The notes beneath the pieces were generated by a model that ran no database searches, was not told the DNA's origin, and was given only the letters and a program-made list of their open reading frames with translations. A program made the translations under genes and the position numbers. 64,000 nt of DNA, from positions 65,791 through 129,790 of the forward strand of contig SVFM01000002.1 in the NCBI GenBank assembly GCA_015056865.1. The letters run 5' to 3'. Positions 8,312 to 16,375 of the stretch are shown one piece after another (position 1 is the first letter of the stretch; each line of letters opens with the position of its first letter). This DNA is from Lachnospiraceae bacterium. Lineage in GTDB: Bacteria > Bacillota > Clostridia > Lachnospirales > Lachnospiraceae.

Positions 8312-8735
8312 CCGCTCCCTCTTCCTTCAGAACCGGCCAGCCAAACTCCTCATCAACATCATGCACCGGGTCTGCAGAAATCAGATCAACCAGATCTTCA
8401 TAACTGTCCAGCAGGAACTCTCTTCCTTCCATGAACCACATTTCCTCTGCAACAATCTCCTCATCATAGCAGGCATCTTCATCAGTAAGAATCATTTCAT
8501 AAGCCAACAAATTTGCAACGAAGCTGTCCAGTGCAACCTCTATATCCTCCGGACAGGAAGGGAGCTTTCTCAGCGCCTCTGCAATCTTGCCCACAGGAGC
8601 ACCTGACACCAGCTTCTCAAACACCTTTGAGGCCAGCATATTCATACCGTAATAAACACCACTAGTGGAATCGATCACCACTGCCTGCTCCTCTGCCATA
8701 TCAAAAAACATTTTTTCCTCATTCAACTTATACAT
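8304..8735 (-). CDS. PqqD-family (RRE-like) protein with an acidic C-terminal extension
   Basis: N-terminal ~80 aa (AVVIDSTSGVYYGMNMLASKVFEKL..IAEAL) looks like a PqqD peptide-chaperone fold. ATG at 8735 with AAGGAGA. 8-nt overlaps with both neighbouring genes. Confidence 0.65.
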   Translation of the reverse strand: MYKLNEEKMFFDMAEEQAVVIDSTSGVYYGMNMLASKVFEKLVSGAPVGKIAEALRKLPSCPEDIEVALDSFVANLLAYEMILTDEDACYDEEIVAEEMWFMEGREFLLDSYEDLVDLISADPVHDVDEEFGWPVLKEEGADE

Positions 8736-9774
8736 CTTTCAGTTCTCCTTTTATTAATTTTTTTAATGCATCTGCATTTTTTTTCGTATCTTTGCTGAGA
8801 ATCAGCTCATAAGAGGGGATTTCTTTTACACAATCAAATACCCGGTAAACAAAATTACTACCCTTTATCTGATTTTCCCCGTTCTGCCTTGCAGATGACA
8901 CTGCCATCTGCATCTTTCCCCTTTTGTGTTCATCCGGAACAATTTTAGGATCTTTTACTTCTTCCCCTTTGATCACACGGGGACACACCAGCGCACAGAC
9001 CTCCATACCATCCGCAAACTGTTCCCAATAAGGCAGCAGATCAATGATGGATCTGCCCGGACGATTCGGCACTTCTCCGATCACATGCTCTTTCAGCCCC
9101 GGCAGCATATTCAAGCTGTCTGAATTCAAAATGCCGCAGGAATACAGAGGATAAACTCTTCTGGTCTTCGTGTCCATGATCAAATAATCATCCGATACAT
9201 AGTCCATATTTTCCGTCAATGCACTGAGGGCTGTGGTAGACTTGCCGTTTCCGCCGTTTGCACTGAGCAGAACCCCTCTGCCATCTACCCCTACTGCCGC
9301 GGAATGAAGATATAAATATCCGTTGTTTTGAGCAAAATAATGGAATTCCCTGCGAAAAGGATGCCAGGTAGGGCTATATTCTCTCAAATCTCTTCCGTCA
9401 AAGCAGACATATTGGATATGGGTTGTCATGTCATAAGCCCCAAACCAGCGTCCATACCGATTGGCCCTGATGAAACCGGCCTCTCCTTCATACTCTATTA
9501 CATTGGCCCCCTCACCGACTCCGGGCGGCAGCACATCATCCAGCGCTGTATTCCAAAAACGGATCGCTCCGTTTGCTGCTGCGTCCGAATCCATGTACAC
9601 ATATTTGAGAGAAATTTTATACTCCTCATACAACTCCTGTGTAGGAAAAGAAAGCTCCAACACATGATGGCCAAAACGAATCTTAAAACTTGGAAATCCT
9701 TTTGTCTTCCCTTCCAGCCATGCAAAATAAGACTGCATCTGCGCTTTCGTAGCCTTTATGTGAGTTCTTTTCAT
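8728..9774 (-). CDS. HPr-kinase-related P-loop serine kinase
   Basis: HSAAVGVDGRGVLLSANGGNGKSTTALSAL resembles the HprK C-terminal P-loop. The ATG at 9774 makes an ATGA overlap with the upstream stop; the alternative start is 9837. Confidence 0.65.
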   Translation of the reverse strand: MKRTHIKATKAQMQSYFAWLEGKTKGFPSFKIRFGHHVLELSFPTQELYEEYKISLKYVYMDSDAAANGAIRFWNTALDDVLPPGVGEGANVIEYEGEAGFIRANRYGRWFGAYDMTTHIQYVCFDGRDLREYSPTWHPFRREFHYFAQNNGYLYLHSAAVGVDGRGVLLSANGGNGKSTTALSALTENMDYVSDDYLIMDTKTRRVYPLYSCGILNSDSLNMLPGLKEHVIGEVPNRPGRSIIDLLPYWEQFADGMEVCALVCPRVIKGEEVKDPKIVPDEHKRGKMQMAVSSARQNGENQIKGSNFVYRVFDCVKEIPSYELILSKDTKKNADALKKLIKGELKDV

Positions 9775-10943
9775 GAAAGTTTTCGGCTGTCCACATTCTT
9801 TATTTTCCGGAATATGTACAGAATCCACTCTCTCCATGTCTTACACCCCCACATCTTTTTAATATAATTCGGAAACGTAAACAAATCAATCAATAGACAA
9901 AACTTTTCGCTGACATAACGATGATAATTCCAATGATACTTCAGCATCAGCCAGGCATATCGGAACCGTTTCTTCCTCCGAATTTGTTGGCCCATTCGAT
10001 GGGCGGCAGAACGCTTCAGCATAACAGGGATTTTTTTTACGGTCATGTCAGCCACGTTTATTCTTCCTAATATGTCTTCCGGAACCTTTCCCGGCATAAT
10101 ATCACAGAAGATACCGAGCATTGTTTTTACCTGCAAGCCCAAGCTATACCTCTCACACAAAGCCAAAACCTTATCCCAATCAACCTGATGTTCCTCTAAA
10201 ATGGTATTGATATCGGTAATCCAGCGCATCCATTTTCGCTTCAGGATGGAATCCCCCTCTGCGGCATCCAGAAAAATATTGGTTAAGATCAAGATCAACA
10301 TGGACTCCGGAGCAGGTATAAAAACCTTTTCTCCCTGTATCTCTGTCGAAATCGCATCCTCCCAAAAAACAGCTTCATTGTTCTTATGCAGATTCTCTTT
10401 CAAGAAAAACTGATGGGCCTCCACATAGTATCGCTCTCTTTTTAACACCAAATGCGGCATGGAAACAAAACTTTCGTACTCCGAATTGCTTTGCATCAAC
10501 TTGCACAATCTGTCAAAATCCTCGTAGCGTACCCAGCAGTCCACGTCTCCCATGTAACAAATGCCATTCCTTTTGTAGTAGCCTTTCATGGCCCCGCCCT
10601 TCATGAGCATCACATCTATGCCCTGGCGGTTACATATCTTAAGAAATGCATGAAAGTCCTGCATCTGCCCAAGATTCATCATGCGATAGTACCGGACAAC
10701 ACCTCGCACTCTGGGGTTTAAAGACCTGGGAACCCCTTCATAATGCAGTCTGGTGGACAATTCTGCCAGCGCACAGACATGCTGCCCACTTAAATTTTCA
10801 AAGTCGATCGTTGCATAGTAATCAGCCAATTGCTGCGGCGTGGTATTTTTATCCACACACATTCTGAGAAACTTTATGTCCTCATCCTTCAGATTGAGAT
10901 TGCCAAAACAATGGTCTCTTAGGTACTTCTGCTTATCTCTCAT
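9771..10943 (-). CDS. nucleotidyltransferase family protein (NTP_transf_5-like)
   Basis: MLMKGGAMKGYY..GDVDCWV motif is typical of the uncharacterised nucleotidyltransferase family. The ATG at 10943 makes an ATGA overlap with the upstream stop; the track start at 11126 lies inside the upstream gene. Confidence 0.6.
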   Translation of the reverse strand: MRDKQKYLRDHCFGNLNLKDEDIKFLRMCVDKNTTPQQLADYYATIDFENLSGQHVCALAELSTRLHYEGVPRSLNPRVRGVVRYYRMMNLGQMQDFHAFLKICNRQGIDVMLMKGGAMKGYYKRNGICYMGDVDCWVRYEDFDRLCKLMQSNSEYESFVSMPHLVLKRERYYVEAHQFFLKENLHKNNEAVFWEDAISTEIQGEKVFIPAPESMLILILTNIFLDAAEGDSILKRKWMRWITDINTILEEHQVDWDKVLALCERYSLGLQVKTMLGIFCDIMPGKVPEDILGRINVADMTVKKIPVMLKRSAAHRMGQQIRRKKRFRYAWLMLKYHWNYHRYVSEKFCLLIDLFTFPNYIKKMWGCKTWREWILYIFRKIKNVDSRKLS

Positions 10944-12055
10944 CGCAGTTTGCTTCCTCCGATTGCTCCATATTTCTTCATGAAATCCTCCCAGCACAAC
11001 GTCCTGCAGTCTTTCATAAAAATTGCCCGCAGAGGCGTTTTTTTGATAGGCCCCTGCAATCTGGGCTGCAGTACCTGCTCCCCGGAATATTCCTTCAACA
11101 GACCTTCCTTCTGCAGCTGTCTGCAAAATTCACGTCCCTTTGCTGTATTTCCGATTACCAGCGAAACCCCTCTCTTTAATGCAAATTCCTCATCCTGCAG
11201 CCCGTGGAAATCTCCCAGTGTAATATCTCCCGGTCTGTTTAGAGAAGCGTACTTACACTGATAACAGGATGGTCTGGTGATAAATCCCCTCTGATACCAG
11301 AAGGAATAGCAATTGTTTGCCAATAGCTCGGCCCGCTCTGCACCATCCTCCAGCACCCAGGAGACTGCCCGCCCATACTCTGCACGCTTGTCCCGGAAAC
11401 GAAAGCTTTGCACTTTCTGCTGTTCTTTTTTTTCCAGAGCATTTATATATTTTGACCACACAGCCGGAGAACCCACTCCATTGCACACGATATCTACAAG
11501 CAGCAGATTATCACGCAGATTGCCTGACATCTGCTCTACCGTTTGTCGCAGTCCGTCAACCTGACAGGGTGTCCCGGAAAAAAGCACTTTGCTGCCTTGC
11601 CTTAGTTGCCTAAGCACTTCCCCAATACCGTCCCAAGCTTCACTTTCCACATACTTGGAATTGCGAAGCCGGTACAACTCCTCTTCACTCCTGCAACAGA
11701 TATGTCGAACCGTTTTGTCCTCATCCATAGCCGCGCCGCAGATCAGATTACCGCCAGCCTTCCAGAACATCCCGGCCAAAACCGAAAACGCTCCCCCGGA
11801 AGCACTCTCCCTAAGGAGCTGGGTATCTGTGGTCTGAAATCCATAATACCGCACATCCTCCCCAGCCTCTGGAACTTCTTGTTCAATGGGACACACACTC
11901 GCGCAACCACCGCACTCCACACAAAGCGCTTCATCTATCACCGGATAGACAAAACCTTCTTCATCCCTTTGCATGCGGATTGCATTCTGCGGACATATAT
12001 TTGCGCATGCTGCGCAGCCATAGCATTTTCCTTTGTTATCCATTTGTATTTTCAT
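10940..12055 (-). CDS. FrhB/FdhB-like (coenzyme F420 hydrogenase beta-subunit family) protein with N-terminal 2x[4Fe-4S] ferredoxin
   Basis: CYGCAACANICP and CVECGGCASVCP cluster motifs. This family commonly partners pyruvyl transferases in glycan loci. The start is 12055 or 12043. Confidence 0.7.
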   Translation of the reverse strand: MKIQMDNKGKCYGCAACANICPQNAIRMQRDEEGFVYPVIDEALCVECGGCASVCPIEQEVPEAGEDVRYYGFQTTDTQLLRESASGGAFSVLAGMFWKAGGNLICGAAMDEDKTVRHICCRSEEELYRLRNSKYVESEAWDGIGEVLRQLRQGSKVLFSGTPCQVDGLRQTVEQMSGNLRDNLLLVDIVCNGVGSPAVWSKYINALEKKEQQKVQSFRFRDKRAEYGRAVSWVLEDGAERAELLANNCYSFWYQRGFITRPSCYQCKYASLNRPGDITLGDFHGLQDEEFALKRGVSLVIGNTAKGREFCRQLQKEGLLKEYSGEQVLQPRLQGPIKKTPLRAIFMKDCRTLCWEDFMKKYGAIGGSKLR

Positions 12056-13736
12056 ATATCCAACCTTTTGCTTTTTTGCCACTGATTGCAATTATCTCAT
12101 CACAGATGCCCAAGGCTTCCTGCCTGTGTGTGATAATGACAACTGTTTTCTTTCCTCTCCATTCACCAACCATATCCATGATCTTCTGTTCTGTGGCATA
12201 ATCCAGAGCCGAAGTGGCTTCATCCAGCACCAGCACATCGGCCTGCTTGTAAAAGGCTCTGGCGATACCGATCCTCTGTCTCTGTCCGCCGGACAAACGC
12301 ACGCCCCACTGACCGATATAAGTATCCAGACCATCCGGCAGGCTTTGCACGTATTCTTTTAATTGAGCTGCTTCCAACGCTGCCCAAATACTCTCATCCC
12401 CCAGATGCTCCAGTCCAAACAACACGTTCTCCCGGATCGATCCGTCCAAAAGACTTACATTCTGAGGAATATAAGCGATTTGGGCTGCCCATCTATTCAT
12501 GGCTTCTCTGCTATGGTAAATATTCACACCACCAACCATTACCTCTCCGGACAGTGGCTCCAATAGCCCCAGCATCATGTCTACCAGAGTGGTTTTACCT
12601 GCTCCGGAAAGCCCCGTGATTCCCAACACAGTTCCCGCCTTCACAGTCAGATCCAGTTCCTCCAGCACCAATTCCTCTGTATCCGGATAGCGAAAGCTGA
12701 CCTTGTCCAGCACCAGTTGCCCCCAGGATGCATCAAGTGCGGAAGTAACCTCGCCCTCTGGCTCCCCGTCACCTTCCTGTTTTGCATTTTCTATGCCATC
12801 CAGCACTTCCATGGTGCGCCTTAAGGATATGGCAAGCCAATTTTTACCATTCAGCGCATTGTTGATCCTGGACATGCAGGGAAGCATGCGGATTGCTACA
12901 ACCGCAAATACCGCTAAGCTGCTTAGGGTATCCGAAGTGCCTACACCCATGTTTACGAACAAACTTACTGCCAGAAGCATGCCACAGATCGTCCCCATCT
13001 CCAGAATCATCCTGGGAATAGATCTGATATAAGTGGTTTTCACCTCCATTTTACAGGATTTTTCTACGCTGTCCAACAATTTTCCTGTAAAAAAAGGCTC
13101 CTTCTTTTCCGCCTTGACAATTTTAATACAATTCACTGTCTGAAGCAGCCACTTATTAAAATCGTTGGTCAACAGCCAGGATTTTTCGCTTTCTTTCGCT
13201 AAATAGGGTTTGATAAAAACTTGAATTCCTCCCATCAGCAACAGATAAAACGCAAAAATAATAACCGTTACCATGGGATTGACAACAAACAAAAATGCAC
13301 TGAGCACTGCAACCATCATAAATTCTGAGCACATATGAAGTAACTGGTTCAAAAGATCGAAGGTCCTTCTGATATCTCCATCCATATGCTGAATCAGTTC
13401 CGGCGTACTCATTCTGGCATGATACAGATAAGGACTCCGCAACAGGTTGCCAATAATTACCTTCTGCAGCATCAATCTGTTTTTTCCGGTAAACCAGAGT
13501 TGAAAATACGTTACTGCAGATAAATAGATATTTTTAACACAATACACTCCGCACATCAGAAGCAGTATTCGAATCACTTTATCCGGTTCCGATATACTGG
13601 TTAACGCAGGGATCACTAATGAAAGACCCACACACTCCAGCAAAGATGCAATAAAAAGCAGGATCAGCAGCAGGACACACATCCTCTTTTGTCTGCCTGT
13701 TAAAATTTTTCTGTAAGCCTTAATAATTTCTTTCAT
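12036..13736 (-). CDS. ABC exporter, fused permease/ATPase
   Basis: Six-TM N-terminal half, Walker A GLSGAGKTTL, signature LSGGQRQRI, Walker B VLVLDEATSALD. Confidence 0.9.
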   Translation of the reverse strand: MKEIIKAYRKILTGRQKRMCVLLLILLFIASLLECVGLSLVIPALTSISEPDKVIRILLLMCGVYCVKNIYLSAVTYFQLWFTGKNRLMLQKVIIGNLLRSPYLYHARMSTPELIQHMDGDIRRTFDLLNQLLHMCSEFMMVAVLSAFLFVVNPMVTVIIFAFYLLLMGGIQVFIKPYLAKESEKSWLLTNDFNKWLLQTVNCIKIVKAEKKEPFFTGKLLDSVEKSCKMEVKTTYIRSIPRMILEMGTICGMLLAVSLFVNMGVGTSDTLSSLAVFAVVAIRMLPCMSRINNALNGKNWLAISLRRTMEVLDGIENAKQEGDGEPEGEVTSALDASWGQLVLDKVSFRYPDTEELVLEELDLTVKAGTVLGITGLSGAGKTTLVDMMLGLLEPLSGEVMVGGVNIYHSREAMNRWAAQIAYIPQNVSLLDGSIRENVLFGLEHLGDESIWAALEAAQLKEYVQSLPDGLDTYIGQWGVRLSGGQRQRIGIARAFYKQADVLVLDEATSALDYATEQKIMDMVGEWRGKKTVVIITHRQEALGICDEIIAISGKKAKGWIYENTNG

Positions 13737-13739
13737 CCT

Positions 13740-14426
13740 CTATATCCCTTTATTACTCAGACAATAACCGCCCAGTGCTTTTCTCCAACCGATTTCATTT
13801 CCAATCCAGGCTTCTTCCGATTGCACCACATGGTTATCAAAAAAATATTGATCCAAACAAAGGCCCGGTTCAACTTGGGTATATACCCGCCGGACACCTT
13901 CTGCTCCACTGACATCGTGCACATTGATGAGTGCGATTTCCTTGCCCGGATAAATTTCTGCAAACTGTCTCAGAAAAAGACACAGCTGATCATGGTCCAC
14001 ATTCCACGTACCGATCAATCCAATCTTCTCAGCCTTTCTCAGATGATTTACCATTCTCACATAACGAACCCGCATTACCCGTAAAAAATCTTTTTTTGCC
14101 TCATCCACGCTCTCACTCTTGGGAAAATAGTGCATGCAGTATATGTCATTTTTCATGTCATAGACAATTCTGTGTGGACTTTCCTCAGGCGGAGTTTTCG
14201 TCTTTGACTCCTCAAGCTCCATAAAAAAATCCATAAATCTGGTTTGGAACAAGTGAATCAAAGAGTCCCACTGTTTCATCAACTGCCAGTCCAGAGGTGT
14301 TGCGCAGGTGTACAGATCACATTTCTTCATCCAATACGTGACCTGACAATTAGGACCAATATTTACATAAAAATCCAATTTCTTTTTTCCCTCATCCATT
14401 GTCCTTACCAACCATTCCTTTGTCAC
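13740..14426 (-). CDS. DUF1796-like putative papain-fold cysteine peptidase
   Basis: FYVNIGPNCQVTYWMKK..ATPLDW matches the G-x-N-C ... P-x-D-W pattern I associate with DUF1796. No search was run. Confidence 0.4.
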   Translation of the reverse strand: MTKEWLVRTMDEGKKKLDFYVNIGPNCQVTYWMKKCDLYTCATPLDWQLMKQWDSLIHLFQTRFMDFFMELEESKTKTPPEESPHRIVYDMKNDIYCMHYFPKSESVDEAKKDFLRVMRVRYVRMVNHLRKAEKIGLIGTWNVDHDQLCLFLRQFAEIYPGKEIALINVHDVSGAEGVRRVYTQVEPGLCLDQYFFDNHVVQSEEAWIGNEIGWRKALGGYCLSNKGI

Positions 14427-16269
14427 TTTGCCTCTTTATCGCTTTTCCCACGGCACGAATCATGGCTTCCTGCCTTTTGATCAGTTCCTCATCAATATGA
14501 TAAGTCTTCATATAATGCAATACTTCCCTAAAATGAGGCATATCCTTATGGGCAACAGCATACCTGATATACCACTCTTTGTTCTTATAAAGATCATCCG
14601 TATCAAACACCTCTTTGAAACGCTCCAAATTTCCCAGCGCATAAAGGCCCAAAACCGTTCTCACACACTTTCCGCAGCGGCCACAGTTATGAGCACGGGT
14701 TGCATAAATGCAAGGATGTAATGTATCATGGACCAACGGATAATCAGCCAGTTCCTTTAATTTCTGCATCCTGGGAACTGAGCCGCCGGAGGAATAAAAC
14801 ACCGTACAATCTGTTTGATAATACGCCAGCGGCAAGATTTGATAATAACCGGAATCACCCTCGTCAAAAGTAAATTGGGAAAAATCATAATCGGAAGAGT
14901 TGTAAAATGCACCAAACAATTTTTGAAATACCATTGCCACTGCCGGAAGGCGAAAGGCCTCAACCGCAAGATAGTTGACCTCCTCAAAACTCTGCAGATT
15001 AGAATTTACCCCTATCACCGCAAACCCATTTTTTTCACCAAACAATTTGGCATTTTCCACCATTTTCTCAAGTGTCTGGGCGCTGTCAGCCGCTTGGATG
15101 GCACCGTTGCTGGTTACCAGCAAATGAGTAAGTCTTCTGCTTTTGTGTAAAATATTATCATGTTTCATCAACGTATAACTACAGTCCACTCCACCGGTCC
15201 AACCGGTTCCGACAGCGCCTTCACAAGAAAGTTTGTCATCTGAACAATCTGCTTGAATTTGGATGTACTTCCGCTTGGGAATATGTGTTGCCAATGCGGG
15301 AATCAAATAGTCATTCAGCTGATGCAAAAGCCTTCTACTAACCGGTAATTCGCTTATAATATCCTGGCCCCGTTCCATAGCCATGGTTAGCAATCCTGCT
15401 ACCTGCGCGTCAGCTCTGTCTGTCACAAAATACTGCTCATATTTTTCTTCTGTCTCAAACCATAGAATGCTCTTGTGTGAATCCAATTCCACCGGTGTGC
15501 ACAGTCGACTCATTTTGCCACGCTTTTCTATGTAAGACCTTCCTATCCTGATTCCGGATGTTTTTTCCCGGGGTCGCTTCTGTCCCATACCGGAAAGATA
15601 AAACGTAAGAGAATCTATCGTCATGCAGTCTGCAAGCAACAAATTGCAACCCATCACTTCCCGAAACTGTGGAAACCATTCTTTCGTTTCCTCCAGACAT
15701 GGCATCACAAAAACCTTAAATAATTTTTGTAATGCAAGCACCCCAGCCAGAGTACGTATAAAAAAGCCCCCGGAAACAGACCGCCCCAACACCTCATCTA
15801 TGTTCATATTCAGAAAAACTGTTTTTAATCCCGGAACCTCCGTGTTGTCCGGCCCCAAAACCAGCAGATGACTTAAAGGATATTCACTGTTCTTTACTTC
15901 CTCTACCTGTCCCCAAAACACAGTTCCCACTGCGTGACTTGTCTCTATGTGCCCGGTATACAATGGTGCCTGTATATGCACCTTGCCCCTGTTAGCCGGC
16001 GGGCACAATGCAGGAATCAAATACTGTTCTATCTGATAGTGCAAACGCTCCGTCACCGGATATTCGCACACGATTTCCTCTCCTGTCTCTAAGGCATAAG
16101 AAACAAGAAGAACCACAAAAGCATCTGCACAGTGGATTGATAAATATTCTGCATAGTTCTTATCTGTTTCAAACCATAAACACTCTTGTCTACCATTTCG
16201 TTCAATTCCGGCACATAATCGTATCCGCAAACTATCTTGTTCTGTGTATATCTCTCTAATCTTAATCAT
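14392..16269 (-). CDS. hypothetical 625-aa protein with an internal duplication, a PP-loop-like motif and a C-terminal Cys cluster
   Basis: Residues 31-88 (LWFETDKNYAEY..YLIPAL) align with 269-326 (LWFETEEKYEQY..YLIPAL). TGGVDCSY lies at 358-365. HPC..HNCGRCGKC lies at 518-535. ATG at 16269. Confidence 0.6.
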   Translation of the reverse strand: MIKIREIYTEQDSLRIRLCAGIERNGRQECLWFETDKNYAEYLSIHCADAFVVLLVSYALETGEEIVCEYPVTERLHYQIEQYLIPALCPPANRGKVHIQAPLYTGHIETSHAVGTVFWGQVEEVKNSEYPLSHLLVLGPDNTEVPGLKTVFLNMNIDEVLGRSVSGGFFIRTLAGVLALQKLFKVFVMPCLEETKEWFPQFREVMGCNLLLADCMTIDSLTFYLSGMGQKRPREKTSGIRIGRSYIEKRGKMSRLCTPVELDSHKSILWFETEEKYEQYFVTDRADAQVAGLLTMAMERGQDIISELPVSRRLLHQLNDYLIPALATHIPKRKYIQIQADCSDDKLSCEGAVGTGWTGGVDCSYTLMKHDNILHKSRRLTHLLVTSNGAIQAADSAQTLEKMVENAKLFGEKNGFAVIGVNSNLQSFEEVNYLAVEAFRLPAVAMVFQKLFGAFYNSSDYDFSQFTFDEGDSGYYQILPLAYYQTDCTVFYSSGGSVPRMQKLKELADYPLVHDTLHPCIYATRAHNCGRCGKCVRTVLGLYALGNLERFKEVFDTDDLYKNKEWYIRYAVAHKDMPHFREVLHYMKTYHIDEELIKRQEAMIRAVGKAIKRQSDKGMVGKDNG

Positions 16270-16375
16270 ATCTTCATGCTTTTTCTTTTAAAAAGGGACT
16301 GACTTAAACTGCCAATCCCTTACAAACATTTTTTCACAAATTAGTAAATCCTAAAAACTTCTCCAATTCCAAAGC

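Noticed and set aside
9775-9837. Longer N-terminus (start 9837) for the HPr-kinase-like gene. Similar long starts appear at 11126, 7026, 43541, 52958, 61088, 61771 and 63594 for other genes.
   Set aside because: The extensions overlap the 3' ends of upstream genes by 60-180 nt. Internal ATGs give ATGA or short overlaps, or have good RBSs. 9837 remains a possible alternative.
4995-16269. Calling the accessory block a mobile genomic island or a canonical lasso-peptide or capsule locus.
   Set aside because: There is no integrase, transposase, flanking direct repeat or tRNA. There is no Asn-synthetase-like cyclase, no B2 transglutaminase and no precursor. There is no priming GT and no Wzx/Wzy. 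None of the standard labels fits.
16270-16280. Mini-ORF ATG-AAG-ATA-TGA just upstream of the first operon gene.
   Set aside because: It is three codons long, too short to be a precursor peptide. It is noted only because the gap was searched exhaustively.
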